Virus record (IMG/VR): IMGVR_UViG_3300037502_002379
Location: 50-64,049 of that record
Direction: 5' to 3' (one strand)
Source: a virus
Lineage: Duplodnaviria > Caudoviricetes
DNA: 64,000 nucleotides
Position numbers and translations under genes: made by a program. Below, piece by piece: positions 56,269 to 64,000 of this stretch. Numbering within the stretch: the stretch's first letter is position 1; every line of letters starts with the position of its first letter. The notes beneath the pieces were generated by a model, which made no database searches, was not told the origin of the DNA, and saw only the letters and a list, made by a program, of their open reading frames with translations.

Positions 56269-57773
56269 ACAAAATACGGTGTTTTTTCATAGTCAATAAA
56301 TATGTTGCTCATTATGTTCATGTTGTGAACTTCTTTGCATAGCCACATCTCCGCTTCATGTCGGCTTTTCTGATTAAGCGTTTTAACAGACGGCAATCGG
56401 TTTATATGTTCAGCATACGCCCACCAAAAGTTACCGCTATAATGACGCGGAAAGCCGCTGCTTTCATCAATGTACTTCACTCCACAGCTATCATACCCGT
56501 CCGCAATTGCCTCTAAACACTTTTGCCACAATGTTAAATTAAAGTGGTTCATGTATGCCCTCCAATGGCTTGCGCTGCTTAGTGTTACACCTTTAGTGTG
56601 TATGTAGCATATCGCATCTTCTCTGAAATGCTTGGCGTGGTTTTCAAGCAATTCCAATGTGATAAATTCGTAACGCTCAATGTTTTCTGAATACGCGCCA
56701 ATGTTAATCTTGTGGTACTTATTCAACATCTTATTCAAGCGCATCTTTTCGGCTTTGTTGCCAACACACCCGATTGTTATTTTATCCGCGTTGTCATACA
56801 AGCCGCTCATGTGAATGATTGCCAACTGTTCTTCAACCACGCGCTCCCAATTACCCATTAGCGCGACATGGTAAAACACCGCTATGTTATGGTTGCCTTT
56901 TCGCTTCTTAGGTGTGGCAAGCGCGTTTTTAGGTCGGTAGAATGTTTTGTCATTCATCCCTAACTTCTTAGCAAAGTATTCAGACCATTCGTTGTAGTAT
57001 CTCACTACCCGTTGGCTTTCTACTTTACTCCCTGCAATAGATATTCCATAGTAATTATCAATGGTGTGGTGCAGCCCTTCAAAGTTTATAAATGGCAGAT
57101 AGATTGGTATGTATGGCTTTGTTCTGTATGCAGATTTAGGAAGATAATGAGTTATTGTGTTTTTTGAACTCTGATTTGTTATTTTTAATATATCCCAATC
57201 ATCATTACTTCTAAATTGAAGAATAGACATGGCTATATCAATGCACACTTCATCGGGTATTTCCCCTCTAAAATAATTTACCTTAAACTTTTCATTCTTT
57301 ATGTCAATGTAAATTTCTCTTGCCTTCTCAAATATAACATCCGACATTTTACTGCCATCGCAATATATCCAACTTGTATTTTGGCGCACATATTCATTAA
57401 ATCCGTACAACTTCTTTACCTCGTCATGGTTGCACCAATCGGGGTATTTTATGCTTTTATGCAGCACAATTGCTTCAAACGGGTACAGCTTGGTATGGTC
57501 AATAGGTTTGGTTACAATCGTATCTGCATCTAAAAACAATATCGGTTTACCATTTCCATACTCGTCAATGTGCAATTTGTTAATCATTGCCGTTTCCAAA
57601 TCGGTTTCGCCAACATATATCGGGCTTACTATCTCCGTAAACAACTCTGCTTTTCTGCCTTGTACATCTTGGTCTGTAACCAACATTATATCGTGCTTGC
57701 CGTAAACGCTTGCAGCTAATGTGCAAGCCATGTTGAGGTAGCTTTCGCCAACGGCTATTGTTAATATCTTCAT
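56265..57773 (-). CDS. two-domain glycosyltransferase-like protein
   Basis: LFLDADT (GT8-like DxD) N-terminal domain; YIHTKG and HYSGNFWW C-terminal domain. Confidence 0.7.
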   Translation of the reverse strand: MKILTIAVGESYLNMACTLAASVYGKHDIMLVTDQDVQGRKAELFTEIVSPIYVGETDLETAMINKLHIDEYGNGKPILFLDADTIVTKPIDHTKLYPFEAIVLHKSIKYPDWCNHDEVKKLYGFNEYVRQNTSWIYCDGSKMSDVIFEKAREIYIDIKNEKFKVNYFRGEIPDEVCIDIAMSILQFRSNDDWDILKITNQSSKNTITHYLPKSAYRTKPYIPIYLPFINFEGLHHTIDNYYGISIAGSKVESQRVVRYYNEWSEYFAKKLGMNDKTFYRPKNALATPKKRKGNHNIAVFYHVALMGNWERVVEEQLAIIHMSGLYDNADKITIGCVGNKAEKMRLNKMLNKYHKINIGAYSENIERYEFITLELLENHAKHFREDAICYIHTKGVTLSSASHWRAYMNHFNLTLWQKCLEAIADGYDSCGVKYIDESSGFPRHYSGNFWWAYAEHINRLPSVKTLNQKSRHEAEMWLCKEVHNMNIMSNIFIDYEKTPYFV

Positions 57774-57821
57774 TGGGCTACAAAAGTATATTTGTTATTC
57801 AATCTGTATTGACAATAAAAG

Positions 57822-59984
57822 TTAATATATCTGCGGCTTGTACGTTGGAAAATCGGGCTGCTTGTCTTTTTGTACGGGTCGAACTTGAACAATAGGCTTT
57901 TTCGTAATCATATTGGCATTTATCCTTGCCAATGCAGCACCAACAAAGGCATCATACGGCTGCAAATCTTCGTACTCCACCTCTTTCAACTGATTAAGCA
58001 ATCTTGTAAACTTGCAATGGTCAACACAATAGTTCACATACCAATCCATTTCGTTGAACATCTTACCTTTGAGCGCTTCGTTTCCTGCGTTGTAAACACC
58101 GGGCGTTGATTTTTCTTCCACATACACACGCTTGCTATCTCTCTTTGCTTGCAGTTCGTATTTTAAAAATCCTTCATAACCCCTTTCCAAAAAGTATTTC
58201 AGATATGCTTCGGTAGCGTTTTTCTCTATGTACGCCTTGCTATTGGTGTACACACATTGCAGTATAATGTCCTCAAAAAATTCTTCTTGGCTTAGTGGTC
58301 GGTTAATGTACTCTATGGTAAAATCGTCCGTCAGCCAATCTTCGTGTTCTTTGCCTTTGTCAACTTCTTCGTTGTACTCTGTCCATGTGTATATCGCACC
58401 CATTGAGCCTTTCGCGTCTATGGTCTTGGCAAATCGGTAAGGGTCAACTCCTGTATAGTTGCCATTGTGTTCGGGGTGTCTTTGCTGTCCTTTCCACCGC
58501 CACTTGTTTGACTTGTCTTGCGACTGCAAATAGCCTACCAACCACCTTCCGTTATCGTCCTCTCTGAATATGACTGTGGTATCAGGTTTGTTATCCAACC
58601 ACTCGAAATTGCCGCGCCTTAGTATGTACGGACTTCCGAACACAAACTTTTCCAACTGCGCTTCAATCTTTGACAAATTGAAATGACAGCTTTTAAATGA
58701 AGATATAAACCCTTCGCGTATGGTTACGGGGTGCTTACGGGTGTATGCTATCCTTTGCCAACTATCTTTTATCTCTTGCTTTTCAAGTTCAATCTTTTCC
58801 TTGCCGCCAATATGTGATAGTCTTTTTGCAATGTCGTCTGTATAGCCTTTTTTCTTGTAGAAACCATACAGATACTTTTGCTGTTGTTCTGTTGGGGTGT
58901 TTACAATACTATCTCCATAAGCATCGGTTATCAGCGCTTCATAAGCAGGTATAAAGTACGGCACTAATCCGCTTACTGTTTCGCCTAACTCATTTAGATT
59001 TTTAGTGTTGCTGTTATCCCATATCAACTTGTACTCCATACCGCCATTTCTCTCTAACTCCTCAATGGTTGTAATTAGGTGTGCTTTGCCATTACTTGTT
59101 CGCAAGGCATATTTTAATCTATCCCACAATTTAACAACAGATACATTAGTATATTTACCCGGTTCATCAACCGTAACCCTGTGCAATGTTTCACTATCAT
59201 AAGAAGCTGATGTTAATGCTTTTATGTCAATCTTACTTTCAAGAGGTTCTTCATCATAATTAAAATCAGCATCAGCACCTTTTTTACTAGGATAAGTAAA
59301 GTTGATTTCTTCCTTTGGTGCGGTGTTACCATCAAATATCGGCTGAAAAAACCATACTAACTTTCTTCTAGGAAGGGTAATATATTTTCTAAAAAACTCC
59401 CTAGCCGATATTTCGTCTTTTGATAAAATCCCACAATGGCAACTTGCGGTTCGAGTAACATATTCCAATTCCTCACCACCTGCCATAGATGATTTTCCTA
59501 CCTGCCTTGTGGTGAACATCAGACTGCCCCATACAGAAGGATTGTTGCACACCACAAAGTTCCTAAACCAAAAGTATTTTAAATTATACACCCTAAAATC
59601 GGGTAACTGCCCATGCGGTAGGTAGTAGAAATTCAAATACCACCAAAAATTGCCCGGTATGTAGTAAGGCTTTCCGTTGATAAACTGCCATTCACCCTCC
59701 GCCCGTTTACGCCAACACATCCGTACAAACTGCGCTATTTCGGGGTTCTTTTGGCATATCGCCCTCGCTTCATCCCTTGTTACCAAATTCAGCTTTCTTA
59801 CGTTTGGCGGTATGTATAATCGCTTAAAAAACTGTTGTTCTTTCGGCAGCTTAAAATTGGTGATGTCCTCCATTTTCGGAGGTTCGGGCAAGTCAATATA
59901 ATACGGATTGATGTCTTGAATACCATCAAGTAAAACAATAAACCTTTCGGGTTCTTCTAAGTGCGCGTATTTAGGTAGTAGCAT
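57822..59984 (-). CDS. terL: terminase large subunit
   Basis: Walker A RQVGKS, Walker B TVDEPGK, nuclease GVDPY, IEKN and YD motifs. Confidence 0.9.
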   Translation of the reverse strand: MLLPKYAHLEEPERFIVLLDGIQDINPYYIDLPEPPKMEDITNFKLPKEQQFFKRLYIPPNVRKLNLVTRDEARAICQKNPEIAQFVRMCWRKRAEGEWQFINGKPYYIPGNFWWYLNFYYLPHGQLPDFRVYNLKYFWFRNFVVCNNPSVWGSLMFTTRQVGKSSMAGGEELEYVTRTASCHCGILSKDEISAREFFRKYITLPRRKLVWFFQPIFDGNTAPKEEINFTYPSKKGADADFNYDEEPLESKIDIKALTSASYDSETLHRVTVDEPGKYTNVSVVKLWDRLKYALRTSNGKAHLITTIEELERNGGMEYKLIWDNSNTKNLNELGETVSGLVPYFIPAYEALITDAYGDSIVNTPTEQQQKYLYGFYKKKGYTDDIAKRLSHIGGKEKIELEKQEIKDSWQRIAYTRKHPVTIREGFISSFKSCHFNLSKIEAQLEKFVFGSPYILRRGNFEWLDNKPDTTVIFREDDNGRWLVGYLQSQDKSNKWRWKGQQRHPEHNGNYTGVDPYRFAKTIDAKGSMGAIYTWTEYNEEVDKGKEHEDWLTDDFTIEYINRPLSQEEFFEDIILQCVYTNSKAYIEKNATEAYLKYFLERGYEGFLKYELQAKRDSKRVYVEEKSTPGVYNAGNEALKGKMFNEMDWYVNYCVDHCKFTRLLNQLKEVEYEDLQPYDAFVGAALARINANMITKKPIVQVRPVQKDKQPDFPTYKPQIY

Positions 59985-60411
59985 TTAGCTGATATACTCT
60001 TAGTTCAATTCGTGGTTTATTGCCGTAGATTTTCTTGCTTGCAACCTCACATATACGCGAATCATTGACAAACACAATCCCTTCCAAAGCATCAAAAACG
60101 CCTTTCATCAAGTTATCATGTAAGTCAGGCTTCGTGTCTTTATAGAATATCGCCCCTTCTTTAATCGCTTGCTTCTGCTTCTTAGTAAATGTTTCTTTTA
60201 TCGGAAACACAAATAAAACTTCAACCCCTATCGGTTCGTCAAACGGCTTGAAACACATCGGCAACTGACTTTTAACATCGTATGCTATGTTGCGTTCATT
60301 TTCTACCACTTCTTTCTTCTGAAAGGAAAATACCTTGTTGCCTTTAGCGTAGAATCGTGCTGATTGTTTCGGCTTTGGCGTTCCTAATATCGTTAGTTTT
60401 AGTTCGCGCAT
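59971..60411 (-). CDS. rusA: RusA-family Holliday junction resolvase
   Basis: PKPKQSAR, KPDLHDNLMK...DAL and NDSRI motifs. Confidence 0.9.
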   Translation of the reverse strand: MRELKLTILGTPKPKQSARFYAKGNKVFSFQKKEVVENERNIAYDVKSQLPMCFKPFDEPIGVEVLFVFPIKETFTKKQKQAIKEGAIFYKDTKPDLHDNLMKGVFDALEGIVFVNDSRICEVASKKIYGNKPRIELRVYQLNATT

Positions 60412-61016
60412 AATCCGATAATATGGTCAACATTCACATACACGTATTTTTCTTTCAGCGTTCTTTCCAATGACGCTTCAACGTACCTTTCGCAAGCAGT
60501 ATCTAATACCACCGTACTGCCAACGGGTACATCAAAGCCATTAGGAGCATAGTGTATAACCGCCCGTTTATGCTTTTTGTGGTCTTTTTTAAGTTCTGCT
60601 ACAATCAATCCGCTTTCGGTTTTTTTGCCGCTTATGTTGCCGTAACCCTCAACAAACTCTGTTTCCTTATCCTCGTCCATAACACATAGCACCCATGTAG
60701 GGTTCATCGTTATGTTGTGGTCTTTATCCATGTAGAAATACACATCCTCCTCCAATATCTTCATGTATCGCATACCCTCATGTGTAAACAGCGCCTTGCC
60801 GTTTTGCTCTGACTGCGCGTTCCTAAAACACATCTGATGAAAATAGGCTATCTTGCCTTTGTGTTCGCCCTCTGCCACCTCTGCAAATCTTGCGTTGGTG
60901 TACATATCATCGTGGATAACGGGCAAGTAAATCTTAACACCCCCTGCTTCGTAATAGCCCCTTTCGTCCAATGTTTCGGGCAGCAGTAATAATACACTTC
61001 CTTTTGTAGTTCTCAT
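60399..61016 (-). CDS. GroES-like co-chaperonin (tandem domains)
   Basis: GGVKIYLP and KTESGLIV mobile-loop-like motifs in a duplicated beta fold. Confidence 0.55.
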   Translation of the reverse strand: MRTTKGSVLLLLPETLDERGYYEAGGVKIYLPVIHDDMYTNARFAEVAEGEHKGKIAYFHQMCFRNAQSEQNGKALFTHEGMRYMKILEEDVYFYMDKDHNITMNPTWVLCVMDEDKETEFVEGYGNISGKKTESGLIVAELKKDHKKHKRAVIHYAPNGFDVPVGSTVVLDTACERYVEASLERTLKEKYVYVNVDHIIGLCAN

Positions 61017-61063
61017 TACGGTTAATTAGTTAATTTTGCGCAAAGATAATTAACTTCATTAAC

Positions 61064-61657
61064 ATGGCATTAGATTTTTCTAAAATGAAATATACTATTG
61101 ATACCAAGCCGTACAAGGATATTGAATCACTCAAAAAAGTATTTGAGCAGTTTTTATACCAAACAGATGCTATGAATACCGAACAGATAGTAAAGTACAT
61201 TGTGTTCTGCTATCATAAGTTCTCTCCGTTTGTGATGAACACCGAATCGCTTATTGACCGCAAACGCGAAATACTCGATTACATCGGTGTGAAAAAAACC
61301 AAGCATGGTTACTATACAGACGATGTGCAGAAGATTATCAAAAACCAAGATGCTGATGTTTCCCGTGCGGCTTGCCTTTTCCTTCGATACGAGAACAATA
61401 TCAAATACTACTCATTTGTTCAAACCTTAGAGGCGTTCTACTCACTTAACGACCAACTTGCAATTGGTGCATCTTCCGCTAAAGAAGGTAAGGACGTTGC
61501 TGATATTGCTATCAAACTTGAAAAGGTTGAAGATAGGTTAGAGAAACTAAAGCGCGAACTTGCCGAAGGTGATACGGCTTTGTGCGACCATATAGGTTCG
61601 CTTGAAAAGGATATTGAAAAAGGGTTAAAGTTGTTTCCCGAAGATTACGCTAGATAA
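61064..61657 (+). CDS. hypothetical protein (candidate terminase small subunit)
   Basis: Helical 197-aa protein near terL; the candidate role is inferred from position only. Confidence 0.5.
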   Translation: MALDFSKMKYTIDTKPYKDIESLKKVFEQFLYQTDAMNTEQIVKYIVFCYHKFSPFVMNTESLIDRKREILDYIGVKKTKHGYYTDDVQKIIKNQDADVSRAACLFLRYENNIKYYSFVQTLEAFYSLNDQLAIGASSAKEGKDVADIAIKLEKVEDRLEKLKRELAEGDTALCDHIGSLEKDIEKGLKLFPEDYAR

Positions 61658-61692
61658 AAAAACGCGGCTGCATATTTCTACACAACCGCGCC
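61656..61692 (-). terminator. intrinsic terminator
   Basis: CGCGGTTGTG...GCAGCCGCG followed by a T tract on the minus strand. Confidence 0.6.
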
Positions 61693-61714
61693 TCTCTGAA
61701 ACTATGGGAAATTC

Positions 61715-62218
61715 TTATTGGTAAATCGCTTCGTATTCTTGCTGCGATACGCTTGCAGTACCCGTTACGGTGAATATTTGCTTATCTACGGCATTACCCA
61801 AATCAACATAAATCTTTGTGGTTGTATTTGCAGGGTCAAGCACTTTTGTTTGTACGTGTGCTGCACCCAAAATCAATGCTGTTGGAGGTATTTTGTCGCG
61901 CAAGTTAAACGCTACCCACTCGTCATATAGCTCGAACAAGTCAGCAGGTACAAGTGCGTTCAATGCTGTGAAGAAAGCCGAAAACGTGTCTTGAGGAATA
62001 AAGTCGTACACATCGTATTGCTGCGGACGGGTTTTATTTGCTACCCATACCTTATAACTGTTTACCACCGTACCATCTTCCAATGTGCAGGTAGAAGGAA
62101 AAGCGCACAAAATCTTGTTTGCTTGCAAATCGCCAATGCTTGTGAAATTATTATCTCTGCCGTTGATTTGATAGGTCAGCCAATACGGGTAAAAACTTGC
62201 AGATAGGTTGTTTGCCAT
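61715..62218 (-). CDS. hypothetical, possibly structural protein
   Basis: ORF track; own TATTTTTG promoter at 62236-62243. Confidence 0.6.
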   Translation of the reverse strand: MANNLSASFYPYWLTYQINGRDNNFTSIGDLQANKILCAFPSTCTLEDGTVVNSYKVWVANKTRPQQYDVYDFIPQDTFSAFFTALNALVPADLFELYDEWVAFNLRDKIPPTALILGAAHVQTKVLDPANTTTKIYVDLGNAVDKQIFTVTGTASVSQQEYEAIYQ

Positions 62219-62282
62219 TTCTAATTATTTGCAAGCAAAAATAACAAATTTTTAGAAACGCAAACTTTTTTTTGATTAAGGG

Positions 62283-62969
62283 CTATTTTGTTGTTAATTT
62301 ATTTGGAAGATATATACCTCTTGAATATTTTGCTATTTTTAGATTTTTAGGGTTGTATATTATTTTTCTAACTCCATTATACGGAAATTGGCAAAATCTT
62401 CTTATTCTATCATTATCTTGAAACCACTCACCCTTAGTATTGTATTCTTCAAATATCTTGTGCATACGCTTTTCAAGATTTCCTAAGTCTAAAAATACAT
62501 ATCCAAAGTAATCTGACGGGAAAGCTGTACTCATTGAATCAAATCGTTTTTTATAATCCTTAGACCTTCCGATTTTAACCCTGCCATCAACAAAGACTAT
62601 ATACATATCATCTTCACCTTTTACAGCATTAAGTATAGCGTAATCTTCTGCAACGGTGTTAATTTTTGACTTCATTTTTTGCACATCGTATGAATCTAAA
62701 AACCTTGTCATATTTCTTGATTCATATATACTTCTTGACTTGTATTTTGAAATGCAAAATTCTGCATACTCAAGCAACTCAATATGATTATTAAATTGCT
62801 TCAACTTTTTTATTTCAAAGTCATAAATCATAAATCCAAGTTTGAAAATATCAAATACGCCATTTATTCTGTATGTATGGTCTAATTCGACAACTTCCGC
62901 TTTTATGCTTCTCATGCGCCTAATAACGTTTATCAACTCGCCTCGTATATCGTATTTATAAAAATCCAT
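62283..62969 (-). CDS. GIY-YIG superfamily (T5orf172/MUG113-like) domain protein
   Basis: VKIGRS....R, LEKRMH..F and GEWF motifs. Confidence 0.75.
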   Translation of the reverse strand: MDFYKYDIRGELINVIRRMRSIKAEVVELDHTYRINGVFDIFKLGFMIYDFEIKKLKQFNNHIELLEYAEFCISKYKSRSIYESRNMTRFLDSYDVQKMKSKINTVAEDYAILNAVKGEDDMYIVFVDGRVKIGRSKDYKKRFDSMSTAFPSDYFGYVFLDLGNLEKRMHKIFEEYNTKGEWFQDNDRIRRFCQFPYNGVRKIIYNPKNLKIAKYSRGIYLPNKLTTK

Positions 62970-63430
62970 TATTGATTAATTTTTACTCTTTTAAAATCCC
63001 CGTTAGGCAATTGCACCATTTCATACATAGTCGCTTCTTTTTCCAATCTTAATCGTTGTCTTTCTTTTTGCTGCTTTGCTTTGTTTTTACTATGTTGGCT
63101 TTCTCCTTTCTTTATTTTCAATTTAGCCCATTTTGAAAACGACTTCAATGAATAAGTTTCAGCCTCGCTGTTTTTTATTCTAATAACACTATATCCCAGT
63201 TTATTTAAGAAGGCTGTTCTTTTTTCATCGTATTCTTCGCGACCATCATGCGAACTACCATCTAGTTCTATAATTGTTTTACCAATCAAAAAATCAACTA
63301 TGTAGGGCTGAATTATTTTTTGAGTTTGAAACGGGATTTTTTTATCAATAAGTCTATTTTTAAATATTAATTCAGCTTTTGTTGGATTCTGAATCATTCT
63401 TTTAGACCTACTTAGTAATACTTTATACAT
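62969..63430 (-). CDS. DUF559 (Vsr-like) endonuclease
   Basis: PTKAE, YIVDF, IELDGSSH and R..FL...GY.VIR motifs. Confidence 0.85.
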   Translation of the reverse strand: MYKVLLSRSKRMIQNPTKAELIFKNRLIDKKIPFQTQKIIQPYIVDFLIGKTIIELDGSSHDGREEYDEKRTAFLNKLGYSVIRIKNSEAETYSLKSFSKWAKLKIKKGESQHSKNKAKQQKERQRLRLEKEATMYEMVQLPNGDFKRVKINQ

Positions 63431-63726
63431 AATTGCTTTTGGAGGAGTTAACCGTTGATGTGAGAAAGCCCCGTCAAAGTTTTACCTTTGTTGGTGCTTT
63501 CACTAATTGCTTTATGGAGCCAGCCACCGCATTAGTGTTTCAAGGTTCACTGATAGCCTTGAAATTGGTATCAACTGTGGAACGTATTCAGTCGCCCCCT
63601 GCATCTTACGGCTTTTACCTCTTAAGCCCACCGTTTCGCTTCGTGCAGTCGCCTTGTAGCGTTTAGAAAATCAGCGCAAGTGTATTTAGCCCCCCTTCTG
63701 AATTTCGATTTTATTTTTTCGGGAAT

Positions 63727-63760
63727 AAAAAAACCCCAAGTGTAAGAGCCTTGAGGTTTA
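63727..63760 (-). terminator. terminator/attenuator hairpin
   Basis: AAACCTCAAG...CTTGGGGTTTTTTT on the minus strand. Confidence 0.6.
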
Positions 63761-63858
63761 GTGAGTGGAAAAATGGAAGTAAACCACTCACAGTATTTTG
63801 TTGCAAATCTCTTACCCTTGCATCGCAAAAATAAGGACTTTTCGGAATATGCAAAATT

Positions 63859-64000
63859 TTAATCTAACTTTTTTGCAAGTCTGTTTATTTTAATCTGTTT
63901 GATACCTTCAATCAGCACATCAGCATTAAGCATTAGGCGCAGTTGTGCAAGCATAATCTCCACATCGGCTATTTCTTCACACAATGCAGACAAACCCTCT
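63859..64000 (-). CDS. MazG-like nucleotide pyrophosphohydrolase, 3' fragment
   Basis: Read by hand: ...LCEEIADVEIMLAQL...KINRL; runs off the window edge. Confidence 0.7.
   Translation of the reverse strand, partial: EGLSALCEEIADVEIMLAQLRLMLNADVLIEGIKQIKINRLAKKLD

Noticed and set aside
24559-59984. Stop-codon reassignment, as in some crAss-like phages
   Set aside because: Long ORFs are intact in the standard code and TAG terminates genes such as the portal and 39207..39998.
57822-59984. Intein or intron in terL
   Set aside because: The length and continuous motif order fit an uninterrupted crAss-type TerL, and no C...HN intein ends were seen.

Overview
The window is most of the genome of a Bacteroidetes-infecting tailed phage. 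Host assignment rests on many TAnnTTTG promoters. The virion module is podovirus/crAss-like: TerL, portal, scaffold, major capsid, three ring proteins, a large tail-stabilisation protein, ejection proteins and fibres. It also has a lysis block, a primase-helicase/YqaJ/SSAP replication block, a + strand early region and a glycosyltransferase cluster. The main discovery is a phage-borne integron-like system. An intact 273-aa tyrosine recombinase that lacks the IntI-specific insertion (11806-12627) abuts an attI-like site (G|TT at 12680) and a six-cassette array (12680-16873) separated by attC-like hairpins. In five of the six cassettes the first bases are the reverse complement of that cassette's own R'' end, which is the signature of circular cassette intermediates. 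Two more cassettes of the same family sit about 40 kb away (53451-54311 and 56032-56264), each inserted at the stop codon of a resident gene. All cargo ORFs are inverted relative to canonical integrons. Several cassettes have long terminal inverted arms with a CCNWCSCWC-like motif on both sides of the cargo, and one cassette is a cargo-less hairpin, which suggests a route for cassette birth. All protein calls come from motif recognition by eye; no database searches or folding programs were run.
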